A stretch of DNA of 64,000 nt from Flavobacteriales bacterium UBA7690 (GTDB lineage Bacteria; Bacteroidota; Bacteroidia; Flavobacteriales_F; PHOS-HE28), in assembly GCA_002482775.1 (NCBI GenBank), contig DLGQ01000109.1, forward strand, positions 47,789 to 111,788, written 5' to 3'. Under the pieces are notes generated by a model, which had not been told where the DNA came from, made no database searches, and saw only the letters and a list, made by a program, of their open reading frames with translations. A program made the position numbers and the translations under genes. Of the stretch, positions 1 through 8,988 are shown in pieces (position 1 is the first letter of the stretch; each line of letters begins with the position of its first letter).

Positions 1-2
1 GC

Positions 3-1319
3 AAAGGCCGCAGCACCATCAAGGCGCAAGACCTCTGGTTCAAGATCCTGGAAAGCCAGATCGAGACCGGTACGCCGTACATCCTCTTCAAGGACGCGGC
101 CAACGGCAAGAGCAACCAGCAGAACCTGGGCACCATCAAGAGCAGCAACCTCTGCACGGAGATCATCGAGTACACCAGCCCCGATGAGGTGGCCGTGTGC
201 AACCTCGGCTCCATCGCGCTGCCCAAGTTCGTGGAGAAGGGCAAGTTCGATCACGACAAGCTGTTCACCGTCACCTACGAGCTGGCGAAGAACCTCAACC
301 GCGTCATCGACCAGAACTACTACCCGATCCCCGAAGCCCGTCGCAGCAACATGCGCCACCGCCCCATCGGCATCGGCGTGCAAGGCCTGGCGGATGCCTT
401 CATCCTGATGCGTTATCCGTTCGATAGCGTGGAAGCGAAGGTGCTGAACCGCGAAGTGTTCGAGACCATCTACTACGCGGCCCTCACCGCCAGCAAAGAC
501 CTCGCGATCGAAGAAGGCGCTTACGAGACCTACGAAGGCAGCCCCGTGAGCAAAGGCATCCTGCAGTTCGACATGTGGAATGTCAAACCATCGGATCGTT
601 GGGAGTGGGATGCACTGCGTGAAGAGATCAAGAAGCACGGCGTGCGCAACAGCTTGTTGCTCGCTCCGATGCCCACCGCCAGCACCGCACAGATCCTCGG
701 CAACAACGAGTGCTTCGAGCCGTACACCAGCAACATCTACACCCGCCGTGTGCTCAGCGGCGAGTTCGTGGTGGTGAACAAGTACCTGCTGCGCGACCTG
801 GTGAAGTTGAGCCTCTGGGGAGAAGACCTCAAGAACAAGATCATCGCCGCCAACGGCAGCGTGGCCAACATCCCCGAGATCCCGCAGAACCTGAAGGACC
901 TGTACAAGACCGCGTGGGAGATCAGCCAGAAGGTGATCATCGACATGGCCGCGGACCGTGGCGCTTTCATCTGCCAGAGCCAGAGCCTCAACATCTTCAT
1001 GGAGAACGCCAACTTCGGCAAACTCACCAGCATGCACTTCTACAGCTGGAAGGCAGGCCTGAAGACCGGCATGTACTACCTGCGCACCAAAGCCGCCACC
1101 GACGCCATCAAGTTCACCGTGGACAAAGCGAAACTCACACAACCCCAAGCGGAGCCGGTCACCCCGAGCGTAGCGAAGGGGATGCGCGAAGTGCAACCCG
1201 TACGCGAAGTGGTGATGAGCGGACCCGCCCCCAAAGCCATGACCGCCGAAGAAGAAGCGCAAGCGCAGATCACCTGCTCGCTGGATGATCCGGAGGGGTG
1301 TGAGATGTGCTCGGGGTAG
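3..1319 (+). CDS. nrdA: ribonucleoside-diphosphate reductase alpha subunit, class Ia (3-prime part; 5-prime end lies outside the window)
   Basis: Frame 3 is open from the window start. The translation ([39 protein letters not shown]...NLCTEIIEY...MYYLRTK) matches eukaryote-like class I RNR large subunits. The C-terminal CxxC tail is present (CEMCSG). Confidence 0.9.
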   Translation, partial: KGRSTIKAQDLWFKILESQIETGTPYILFKDAANGKSNQQNLGTIKSSNLCTEIIEYTSPDEVAVCNLGSIALPKFVEKGKFDHDKLFTVTYELAKNLNRVIDQNYYPIPEARRSNMRHRPIGIGVQGLADAFILMRYPFDSVEAKVLNREVFETIYYAALTASKDLAIEEGAYETYEGSPVSKGILQFDMWNVKPSDRWEWDALREEIKKHGVRNSLLLAPMPTASTAQILGNNECFEPYTSNIYTRRVLSGEFVVVNKYLLRDLVKLSLWGEDLKNKIIAANGSVANIPEIPQNLKDLYKTAWEISQKVIIDMAADRGAFICQSQSLNIFMENANFGKLTSMHFYSWKAGLKTGMYYLRTKAATDAIKFTVDKAKLTQPQAEPVTPSVAKGMREVQPVREVVMSGPAPKAMTAEEEAQAQITCSLDDPEGCEMCSG

Positions 1320-1346
1320 GAGTTGACCCCATCAATGAAACAAGGA

Positions 1347-1375
1347 AGAGCGGCTCGAGAGGGCCGCTCTTTTTA
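1347..1375 (+). terminator. rho-independent terminator of nrdA
   Basis: Stem AGAGCGGC, loop TCGAGAGG, stem GCCGCTCT, followed by TTTTT, immediately after the nrdA stop. Confidence 0.7.
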
Positions 1376-1387
1376 CTTCGACTTATT

Positions 1388-2113
1388 ATGAAACTACCAA
1401 AGAGCAATACTGACCTCAGACGAGAGTTGGGGTTAATTGAAGAAATAAGGATTGGGTTTCGGTTCGTGAGGCAGGGACTACATGAAATCGATCGAATCCT
1501 TCCGGGTAACGATTTCTACCACCCGCCTGTTCAGTTTCTCGCCCTGGGTATCGAACGCATCCTGAAGTGCATGATTTGCATGCATCACAAGGAACTGACT
1601 GGGTCGTACCCTACGAGATCGGACAAGCCTTGGCCACTCGGCGCAAAGGGACATGATCTAATGGTGCTGAAGGGGACGGTTGTGAAGTTCTGCACAACCT
1701 TGCCAGGACCTGCAATTGGAGACTACAACTTGATCGCCCATGACAAACGTGTTGATGACCTTTTCGAACTGCTCTCCGCCTATGGAAAGGGTTCGCGTTA
1801 CTTCAACTTGGATGAAGTGTTGATCGCGGGAACTAACACTGACCCGATGCACGAGTATGATCGACTAACCGGCAATCTCGCATTAACGATTCATGGCAGG
1901 AAGATTCTGGACCAAATCACAAATCCGAAAACCAGGGAAGAGGCCTATCGAACGATTAACAAGGAATTGAAAGCACTGGTTGAGAGCATAATTCGCGCAC
2001 TGTCTCGGCAATTCATCTTTGGAAACTTTAGCAGTCAATCGAGAAGGTTCATCGCCGACCTAAGTCCTTTCTATAAGCTAGAGGATAAGAACCTCGGCGT
2101 CAACCACTATTAG
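1388..2113 (+). CDS. hypothetical protein (241 aa) in a low-GC segment; no confident family assignment
   Basis: ATG start, 726-bp ORF with noticeably lower GC than the flanks. Weak R-x6-H (RFVRQGLH) HEPN-like motif only. No signal peptide. Confidence 0.5.
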   Translation: MKLPKSNTDLRRELGLIEEIRIGFRFVRQGLHEIDRILPGNDFYHPPVQFLALGIERILKCMICMHHKELTGSYPTRSDKPWPLGAKGHDLMVLKGTVVKFCTTLPGPAIGDYNLIAHDKRVDDLFELLSAYGKGSRYFNLDEVLIAGTNTDPMHEYDRLTGNLALTIHGRKILDQITNPKTREEAYRTINKELKALVESIIRALSRQFIFGNFSSQSRRFIADLSPFYKLEDKNLGVNHY

Positions 2114-2151
2114 TAGCTGCTTTGGTATGTGAGCCTTGGTCTAAGCCCCGT

Positions 2152-2240
2152 CTGCGCGTAGTGTGGACGATGTCTGAGTGTAGCCGCAGGCTACGCTCAC
2201 CAAGAACCGGAACATGGTAGCCTGTGGCTACCCTTGCGCC
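2152..2240. repeat. REP/BIME-like palindromic intergenic repeat, copy A (two hairpins GTAGCC-nnn-GGCTAC)
   Basis: Contains gtagccgcaggctac ... ctcaccaagaaccggaacatggtagcctgtggctacccttgcgcc. The same roughly 90-bp unit recurs at 3877, 4736, 5488 and 7733. Confidence 0.8.
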
Positions 2241-2437
2241 CACGGGCATGGTGCGTAGCTGCAGGCTAAGCGCAGATCCGGTATTTCAGCTAATAGGATT
2301 GTGTCGAAAGCTGCTCACAATTCGAAACCGTCAGCGTAACTCCCCAACTGGTGCGGATCTTTGACCACTCTCTACCGAAAGTTTCCCGCGCTGGTTCTTT
2401 CTTTTGAACCGTGGCTCATGCTTGTTACCTTGCCAGT

Positions 2438-2839
2438 ATGGACCAATCGCGCTATTTCCACATACTAATGCACGTATCCACGTGGCCGGCTATGTACAGC
2501 GTGCAGGACGCAATGGATCTGTCCACATTCCTAACCGGATATCGGGCGGGTGCAAATGACGCCCGCTTGGAACGACTCTTGAGTGATCTAACAAACTTCG
2601 CTAACGAGAAGCTTCCATACAGTGAATCTCAAGTCGGTTGGAGCCATCTTGTGAAGGCTGGTAGTTGGGAGCGAGGTGGTTCCATCAAGCTCTTCAGGCA
2701 ATGGCTGGGACAAATGCTTGTTGAACAAGGACATTGGACCGATGAGCATTTTTTGATCTTCACTTCTGATAAAACGATCCCACCCGACACACGGAACTCA
2801 TTGCCGCCGCCACGTTATTCCGATCTGCCGCTTGAATAG
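2438..2839 (+). CDS. hypothetical protein (133 aa; alternative GTG start at 2411)
   Basis: ORF in the low-GC segment between two repeat copies. No recognisable motif. Confidence 0.4.
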   Translation: MDQSRYFHILMHVSTWPAMYSVQDAMDLSTFLTGYRAGANDARLERLLSDLTNFANEKLPYSESQVGWSHLVKAGSWERGGSIKLFRQWLGQMLVEQGHWTDEHFLIFTSDKTIPPDTRNSLPPPRYSDLPLE

Positions 2840-2934
2840 TAGCCTTGCTGCCGCAAGCGGCTCTGAATCGTGGTGATTAACAAAGATTGAAAGACTAGGA
2901 GTGTTTTGTAGTCAACATGACACGAGCACAATTC

Positions 2935-2962
2935 TAGACCTGCGCAAGGTCTCTCAAAGAGG
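2935..2962. repeat. short palindromic repeat, family 2, copy 1 (tagACCTGCGCAaGGTCtCTCAAaGAGG)
   Basis: About 24 of 27 nt identical to 6198-6224. Core hairpin GACCT-gcgca-AGGTC. Confidence 0.55.
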
Positions 2963-3089
2963 AATCCAGCTACCGCGAGCCTCTAACGCTGGTTCGGCCC
3001 CGACCATCCACCCGGCTACCGCGAATCTTTATCGGTGGATCGGATCTGTGATCCGGACCAAATTCGGAAAGGATTATACTCGTACTTGA

Positions 3090-3851
3090 ATGAGCATCGT
3101 TCGAGCAATAGCCTTCTTACTAGTCTATGCTGCCTTTCAAGCCGCATTCACGGCTACAATGATGTATGTATTCCCGAATGAGTTGGATATGGAATGGCAA
3201 CTGCTTTGCTATAGCGTGGTGCTTACGGTAGGGCTACTTTTCGTAACTCTTGGATCACGGGTCAGTTTTTCTGCTTGGTTCTTAGGTACTAAGAATAGCA
3301 ACAGTCTCCCTTGGCTATGGGTCGCAGCCCTGGGCATCATACTCGCCGCTAACCCGTTCAGTCACCTTGAGTTCTTTTATAGGACTAGCTCTCCTGCCCC
3401 AACATCGCTTGAAGTAGCCTTGCCCACAGTGCTTACCCTGTGCCTCTTCGGACCCTTGGCAGAAGAAATGTTCTTCAGAGGTCTTCTTTTTCGGGGCCTC
3501 GTACAACGCTATTCGCCATTTCTCTCGATGGTGATCGTGGCGCTACTCTTCTCCGCTATTCATCGATTGTCTTGGGCGACCACGCTCGATCATATCCTGT
3601 TCAGCACAGTTGTAACTGGGGTTTACTATGTGACAGGATCAGTTCTTCAGGTTGTGCTCTTGCATTCGATCAGTAACGCGGCTTGGGTGCTGCGGCGGAC
3701 CTATACTGTGGAGGTCAGAACTATACTCGATGGCCTGGGTTGGTGGTACATGATCTTACCTCTTGTCGGAGCGATGCTTTTTCTGGTCTACTTCAGGCGA
3801 TTTCACGTGCGGTCCCCGGCCTTTGGGCCGACCGTGCTCCAGCCGATCTGA
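3090..3851 (+). CDS. CPBP family intramembrane glutamic endopeptidase (CAAX protease / Abi self-immunity family)
   Basis: Multi-pass membrane protein with all three CPBP motifs: EEmFFRG (EExxxR), FSAIHR (FxxxH) and HSISN (HxxxN). Confidence 0.85.
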   Translation: MSIVRAIAFLLVYAAFQAAFTATMMYVFPNELDMEWQLLCYSVVLTVGLLFVTLGSRVSFSAWFLGTKNSNSLPWLWVAALGIILAANPFSHLEFFYRTSSPAPTSLEVALPTVLTLCLFGPLAEEMFFRGLLFRGLVQRYSPFLSMVIVALLFSAIHRLSWATTLDHILFSTVVTGVYYVTGSVLQVVLLHSISNAAWVLRRTYTVEVRTILDGLGWWYMILPLVGAMLFLVYFRRFHVRSPAFGPTVLQPI

Positions 3852-3876
3852 AGCGCCGTCTGAGCGGAGCCTTCGC

Positions 3877-3926
3877 CTACGCTCGACGAGAATCGTAGCT
3901 CGGTAGCCTGTGGCTACCCTTGCGGC
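3877..3926. repeat. REP/BIME-like repeat, copy B (partial; second hairpin only)
   Basis: ctacgctcgacgagaa...ggtagcctgtggctacccttgcgg. Confidence 0.7.
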
Positions 3927-4696
3927 TCACCATCAGCCACCTCCTTACTCGCTGTTGCCCGTAGTGGCTTATTCGCCGCCTTGGCGATCACCTTGCGAGC
4001 CTCCTCGGCCTTTTCCCCTTCTACCACATCGCGCTTCAACACTTCGTTGGTCAACGAGGTCTTGATCTGTTCCGTCGTGATCTTGATGTCTGGTGATACA
4101 CGGCGCAACTCGCGGCGGATGGTCTCCAAACAGGCATCGCTCAGCACCACCGCGCTGAGGTAGAACCGGCTGAGCGCTTGTTTCTGTGCATGGTAGTCGC
4201 CCAAGGCAGAACGTTGCCAGCCTTCTTTGCACCAGAGGTAGAGATGGTCAAGATCACTTTCGGAGCGCACATCGATCTTGGTGAAGTCGAGGTCCACCAC
4301 CAACTCGTGCTGGATGGGTTTGGTGAAATGCACGTGGTACACACACCAGCGCAGACCCGTCGTGAGCAACACCCAATCCACCCCTTGGTTGGCGGCGTAG
4401 TCCACCGCTTGTTTGACGTGTTGGTCCTTCAGTTCAATGCCAACGGCTTTCACCTCGATCAGCGTGGTGAGCTTTCCATCCAGCTTGATCGCCAGGTCGC
4501 AATAGGTTCCACGGATGGCGTACTCGCTGGTCACCTCGAAGTACTTGTCGTACCCGAACACATCCGCGAGCATATCCTTGATGATGGTCACGGTATCGGT
4601 CTCCCCGACGTCGCGCAACTTGGCAGCCGCGAGGATGGGTTGATACCTTTTGAGACCAGCGATCAAGCGCTCAGCGACTTTCTTCGGGATTGCCAT
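3914..4696 (-). CDS. PD-(D/E)xK nuclease family protein, type I restriction HsdR N-terminal-like (standalone)
   Basis: Nuclease motifs D (YCDLAI), ExK (LIEVKAVG) and QxxxY (KQAVDYAANQG) in the canonical order of HsdR and RecB-like nuclease cores. No adjacent methyltransferase, specificity subunit or helicase. Confidence 0.65.
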   Translation of the reverse strand: MAIPKKVAERLIAGLKRYQPILAAAKLRDVGETDTVTIIKDMLADVFGYDKYFEVTSEYAIRGTYCDLAIKLDGKLTTLIEVKAVGIELKDQHVKQAVDYAANQGVDWVLLTTGLRWCVYHVHFTKPIQHELVVDLDFTKIDVRSESDLDHLYLWCKEGWQRSALGDYHAQKQALSRFYLSAVVLSDACLETIRRELRRVSPDIKITTEQIKTSLTNEVLKRDVVEGEKAEEARKVIAKAANKPLRATASKEVADGEPQG

Positions 4697-4735
4697 GGAA
4701 TGATGGGATGTACTGGTAAAGATGTGGAATTAAAG

Positions 4736-4816
4736 CTGCGCGTAGCATGGCCGCTATCTGACGTAGCCTGCGGCTACGCTCGACGAGAACTGGAACACGG
4801 TAGCCTGTGGCTACTC
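4736..4816. repeat. REP/BIME-like repeat, copy C (most complete copy)
   Basis: gcgcgtagcatggccgctatctgacGTAGCCtgcGGCTACgctcgacgagaactggaacacgGTAGCCtgtGGCTAC. Confidence 0.85.
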
Positions 4817-5467
4817 CATCACTTCTGAGCCGACAGTACCATTCAAGAGCAAATTGTCTGCACGTCTCCGCAACAATGCCGCATGTTCCATCTGCCGCAC
4901 TGCGATCTTCATTCGCGTTAGCCTTTCGATCACTGTGGCGAGAGGCACATGGTAGAAGGCTCCGGTTTCCCACGGAACCAGGGTGCCGGAATAGTCCGTC
5001 ACAGCGTTGTCGGTGGATAGATAGATGTCCAATTCGCCCTTCCGCATGGTAGCTACCTGTTCCATTAGGCGTTTGTGGTTTTCCAAATGCATGCGCAACG
5101 CGTGCGCGGAGTTCACGCCTTGCCTTGGTGCTGCAGGTTCTTCTCCTATGAGTAGCTCGGTGCTGGATCGATAGTCGTAGTAGGCATCCGCATCGGGTTC
5201 ATGGCTCCTTTCATCACGTCTATCTTCTTGGTCAGCGGCGGCGAACAACACGGCCTCGAGACGCTCGATGTATGCGACAGCCGAATCGGTGAGCACGATC
5301 ACAGAATCCGAAATGACGCTTTGTTCGGCCTGTTCCTTCTTCACAAGCGCGGTTACTCTAGAGAACTCTTGATGGCTCTCCATCATGTCCCACCACAGCA
5401 TCTCGTGTGTGTGTGAACATCCAGCGAGTAGAACCATGAACAAAGCAGGGAAGGCGATCCGAAGCAT
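4811..5467 (-). CDS. hypothetical lipoprotein
   Basis: N-terminus MLRIAFPALFMVLLAGCS, giving a signal peptide plus lipobox LAGC. No known domain. Confidence 0.5.
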   Translation of the reverse strand: MLRIAFPALFMVLLAGCSHTHEMLWWDMMESHQEFSRVTALVKKEQAEQSVISDSVIVLTDSAVAYIERLEAVLFAAADQEDRRDERSHEPDADAYYDYRSSTELLIGEEPAAPRQGVNSAHALRMHLENHKRLMEQVATMRKGELDIYLSTDNAVTDYSGTLVPWETGAFYHVPLATVIERLTRMKIAVRQMEHAALLRRRADNLLLNGTVGSEVME

Positions 5468-5487
5468 GTCCGAAGGTATCCAACTGC

Positions 5488-5566
5488 GCGTACCATGGCG
5501 CACTCGGAGTGTAGCCTGCGGCTACGCCTGACGAGGACTGTAGCATGGTAGTCAGGGGCTACCCTA
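5488..5566. repeat. REP/BIME-like repeat, copy D (second hairpin degenerate)
   Basis: ctgcgcgtaccatggcgcactcggagtGTAGCCtgcGGCTACgcctgacgaggactgtagcatggtagtcaggggctaccc. Confidence 0.75.
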
Positions 5567-5592
5567 GCTTTAGGGCATTAACTCGCCAGCGT

Positions 5593-6171
5593 TCACTGGA
5601 CATCAATTAGTTCTCCAGTAATGCGCAGCGGAAGGTCGGTGTCTAATTCGATTCGAGAGTGGACCTCATCGCCTTCCTGCTCGCCCTTGGAAGTGATGTA
5701 GAGCTTGATCCGGTTGACGGATTTCAGACGAGCCACAACTGCTGACGGGCCACGCATTAGCTCCCTACGGCTGATGGTCACCTCATCCTCGGGTTTTGAA
5801 GCATTCATTGCATGTTGCGCCATAAGACTATCACAGGTAAGCTCAAGAATGTGATTCGTCCAGAATCTGTTCTTTAGCTCGACTACCCACATCGAATCTC
5901 TACGACTCACATCAAACAACTCAAATCCCGTGAATAGGAACAACGGATTGTGCCTCATTTTATCTTGAAGAACGATCGTGAATGGATCATCCGAAGACTC
6001 AAACTCATTAATGCCGGGAAAGCGGCCGCGGAGATGATCGAGCATTTCTTCCCGCTTCGTCTGCCGTGCATTGATTTCTTCCCTAAGTGAATCGCTTTTC
6101 TTCTCCGAGCAAGCGATGAGGGCGAGACAGATTAGGATGAGCCAAGGTTGAGTCGACGATTTCGGGATCAT
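5593..6171 (-). CDS. hypothetical lipoprotein (lower-GC gene)
   Basis: N-terminus MIPKSSTQPWLILICLALIACSEKK, giving a signal peptide plus lipobox LIAC. Lower GC than the surroundings. Confidence 0.5.
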   Translation of the reverse strand: MIPKSSTQPWLILICLALIACSEKKSDSLREEINARQTKREEMLDHLRGRFPGINEFESSDDPFTIVLQDKMRHNPLFLFTGFELFDVSRRDSMWVVELKNRFWTNHILELTCDSLMAQHAMNASKPEDEVTISRRELMRGPSAVVARLKSVNRIKLYITSKGEQEGDEVHSRIELDTDLPLRITGELIDVQ

Positions 6172-6197
6172 GGGTTTTCAGCTAGTGTAAGCGAATT

Positions 6198-6224
6198 TAA
6201 ACCTGCGCAGGGTCGCTCAAGAGG
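6198..6224. repeat. short palindromic repeat, family 2, copy 2
   Basis: taaACCTGCGCAgGGTCgCTCAAGAGG, which matches 2935-2962. Confidence 0.55.
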
Positions 6225-6257
6225 CTACTGCATCCAAAGTCAGGACGATAGCCTTCG

Positions 6258-6503
6258 CTACCTCGGCGGCTTGCATCGGCTGCACGGCGTATACCCAGCC
6301 TCCTTTGCCTCGGATAGTTCGACAGCGCGTTTGCTATGGCTCAGGTAGCTGCAGCTATTGCGGTGGTACTTCTCGCCGGTCTTTGTCACGTACACCGTTT
6401 CGCCGAGTGCGTGTTGGAAATGCGGTCGTAGGTGCAGTGTGCTCGGTCCCGCGAAGGCGGGGAATGCGAGGAGCAAAATGGAGAGGAGGAGCCAGCGTTT
6501 CAT
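6258..6503 (-). CDS. small secreted Cys-containing protein (81 aa), putative metal-binding
   Basis: Signal peptide MKRWLLLSILLLAFPAFAG. Conserved-looking KYHRNSCSY...GYTPCSRCKPP cysteine pattern. Confidence 0.45.
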   Translation of the reverse strand: MKRWLLLSILLLAFPAFAGPSTLHLRPHFQHALGETVYVTKTGEKYHRNSCSYLSHSKRAVELSEAKEAGYTPCSRCKPPR

Positions 6504-6612
6504 GCCATTGGTATGGGTGATCGGTAGGGGGTCGAGAACAACGTGCGTTACTCTACGAAGCCCTGCTTCGAACCATAGCGCGGTATTGGATCATCGGGGA
6601 CCCAGTGCTTAG

Positions 6613-7629
6613 TCATTGGATGATAAAAGGCCGAGAAATGGAGCGTCCTTCCTTGGACCTGATCACGATGGTATGAACACCTACCGCCAAGTGCGCGATG
6701 TCAATGTTCACCGATCCCGAAGCGTTCCTCACCAGAGCAGTTGATCTCCCCAAGGCGTCAAAGAGATCAACGCTTGAACTATTGAGTTCCGTTCCGAGAG
6801 CGATCTCAATTGTTGAGGGGCTTGTTCGCCGGATCACGATTTCTCTATCCGTTACGGATACGTCAATACCAGTTTCGGCAACGATACAATCACCAGAGCG
6901 GTCCGAGACACAAACGTCGTCGAGATAGTAATAGGCATGACGATTCGGGTTCGAGAACTCTGCCCAACAGGGTTCGTAGCTTGGAGTGTCCGTGAAGAAC
7001 CGGCCGATCAGGAAGTGCGAATAGCTGCCGTCGGCAGTGAATGAGCCTTGGATGGTATACCAGCCCGAACTGTCCACTATCGCTTCATCAGCGAAGACGT
7101 GCGCAAAGTCCTGTACCACCGGAGGCCTTCCCACTGCTGGATAGTTGACGGTACCATGGTCGGTATCCACGAACAGAATACCTAGTTTATCCGTGTAGCA
7201 ACTACGGAGGCCACGATCAGCCAAGCTCACTTTGAAGGAAATGAAATACTCCGCTCCTGTGATCAAAGGTTGGGACAGCGTACCACCCACGATCTCGACA
7301 GGGAAATAGGGCGGGGTATCGAGAGGGTTCGGACCCCAGGCAATAAAGCCGCTATACCCGCTCCCACTGGCTGGCATTTGTTCTCCGGCAAAATTCGTTG
7401 GAACGGAAACTTCCCCTGTAGAGCAGGCGTGAAAGAAATCCCAGGAATTCATGTTGGTCGTCCAACTGCTACTGCAGTGGGTGTTGTGATACGAAAGAGG
7501 ACAGCACGAAGTATCCTCGAAGGATGGGTTTACTACCAAGTTCTGTGCGGGCAACACGAGCCAACCTAGTATCAGGGGAACGACCATGCAGCAAACACGC
7601 AAGTCTATGGGTCGATGAGGCAGGTTCAT
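6613..7629 (-). CDS. T9SS C-terminal sorting domain-containing secreted protein
   Basis: N-terminal signal region. The C-terminal roughly 80 aa (SVNIDIAHLAVGVHTIVIRSKEGRSISRPFIIQ) is a typical Por/T9SS CTD beta-sandwich tail. Confidence 0.6.
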   Translation of the reverse strand: MNLPHRPIDLRVCCMVVPLILGWLVLPAQNLVVNPSFEDTSCCPLSYHNTHCSSSWTTNMNSWDFFHACSTGEVSVPTNFAGEQMPASGSGYSGFIAWGPNPLDTPPYFPVEIVGGTLSQPLITGAEYFISFKVSLADRGLRSCYTDKLGILFVDTDHGTVNYPAVGRPPVVQDFAHVFADEAIVDSSGWYTIQGSFTADGSYSHFLIGRFFTDTPSYEPCWAEFSNPNRHAYYYLDDVCVSDRSGDCIVAETGIDVSVTDREIVIRRTSPSTIEIALGTELNSSSVDLFDALGRSTALVRNASGSVNIDIAHLAVGVHTIVIRSKEGRSISRPFIIQ

Positions 7630-7732
7630 GGAACGGACAAGGTAGTATCCATAAGGTAGACCACTGCAGATCCTACATCAACTACACGCAGTGCGGACGG
7701 CTTCTGAGCGTTGCCTAAGGCTACTCCCTATC

Positions 7733-7845
7733 AGCGCGTAGCGTGGCCGCTATCTAAGCCTAACCGGCGGCTACACTCAACGAGAACTGGAACATGGTAG
7801 CCATCCTTACGGCAGGCAGGCCTGTGTTTACCCTTGCGCCCGCTA
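7733..7845. repeat. REP/BIME-like repeat, copy E (extended and degenerate, with an extra partial unit at 7888-7905)
   Basis: gcgcgtagcgtggccgctatctaagc...ggcggctacactcaacgagaactggaacatggtagcc...ttacccttgcgccc. Confidence 0.75.
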
Positions 7846-7964
7846 GCCTGGTGCGTTGCCACAGGCTATGGAGAGCCTACGATGCTGCGCGTAGCCGCAG
7901 GTTTGCCTGCCAGAGGTATGGCTTCGCGCCGAGGCGGTACCAAGCCTCCACGTGCGTTGGAGGG

Positions 7965-8399
7965 TCATCCGAATGCCCCCACCGGGATCTCACCCGCCTC
8001 ACGCAATTGGACGAACTCATCCACGGTAAGGGTTTTGATGCGTTCGGCGATGCTGCGCGCGGGTTCGGCGCAATCGCGGTGCCAGGCGTAGATCGCGTTG
8101 TAGCGCAACCACGATGGTTGCTCGTTGGGGCCGCCATATCGAGCGATGATCACCAGGTCGTTCTCGGCCGGTGTGTGGTGGTCGTAGCGAAGGCCTAGCG
8201 TGTGCAAGGCGTGGAGGCGCTCGGTCAACGGTCCACGGTCATCGGAGGCGAGGCGGAGCAGTTCGGCATCTTCCTGGTCGGCCCATCGGATGGGGTCGAA
8301 GTCGAGATCGGCTTTGGCTTGTATCAAGCCACCAGGGTAGCGAAGTTCCAGGGCGGCCTTCACCACGAGCAGGGTGTAATGGGCAATAGTGACCGGCAT
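7965..8399 (-). CDS. hypothetical protein (145 aa from MPVTIAHYTLLV...)
   Basis: ORF with an ATG after an in-frame leader. No recognisable motif. Confidence 0.4.
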   Translation of the reverse strand: MPVTIAHYTLLVVKAALELRYPGGLIQAKADLDFDPIRWADQEDAELLRLASDDRGPLTERLHALHTLGLRYDHHTPAENDLVIIARYGGPNEQPSWLRYNAIYAWHRDCAEPARSIAERIKTLTVDEFVQLREAGEIPVGAFG

Positions 8400-8571
8400 G
8401 CGATGAATGTAGGAATTTGCAATGGTGGGTGCACGGTGAATGCGCGGCAAAGGGCATCCGCTATATCGGCGTCGCCAGAGGTTTCGCTCCACGAGAGACG
8501 GAACATGGGTGCCTGTGTGGCTGCCTCGTGCCCGGTAGCATGGGCATAGCCACAGGCACACGCGGCGATGA

Positions 8572-8820
8572 TCACTCTTTGGTCACCGGGTCTTCCTCCA
8601 GGTCCAGCACCGTGGAGTTCGTTTCCACATCGAACCAACTGGCGAACAAGTCGTACGTCCGTTTCTGCGGCTGGCGGCTTTCGTCCGTGTACCAGTCGTT
8701 CAGTTCGTTCACGAAGATGTCATCGAAGTGGGTACGCATCCAATCCATCACTTCCTCGTTGCCGGCCTTCTCGTGGACGAGATGGATGTTGCACTCGCCC
8801 ATCGCGTTGATCGGTTCCAT
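8572..8820 (-). CDS. small acidic Trp-rich hypothetical protein (82 aa); possibly the 3-prime part of a frameshifted gene
   Basis: ORF MEPINAMGECNIHLVHEKAG... A 27-codon ORF (MPYPLPISIDLLDLVIEKAAVEDRYLG) ends just upstream, in another frame. Confidence 0.35.
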   Translation of the reverse strand: MEPINAMGECNIHLVHEKAGNEEVMDWMRTHFDDIFVNELNDWYTDESRQPQKRTYDLFASWFDVETNSTVLDLEEDPVTKE

Positions 8821-8988
8821 ATCACTGAAGGTCGCATTGACCCGGTCGAAGAAGGGTCAGGTCAACCAAGGTATCGGTCTTCCACGGCGGCTTTCTCGAT
8901 CACGAGATCCAGGAGGTCGATGCTGATGGGCAAGGGATATGGCATCTCCTGCGAAAGTATGTGGTGGGGTTACTGGTATTCCCACCCA

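Noticed and set aside
2901-3089. 62-aa ORF between the hypothetical gene and the CPBP gene
   Set aside because: It overlaps the short palindromic repeat and has an Arg/Ser/Thr-rich translation, so it is probably non-coding.
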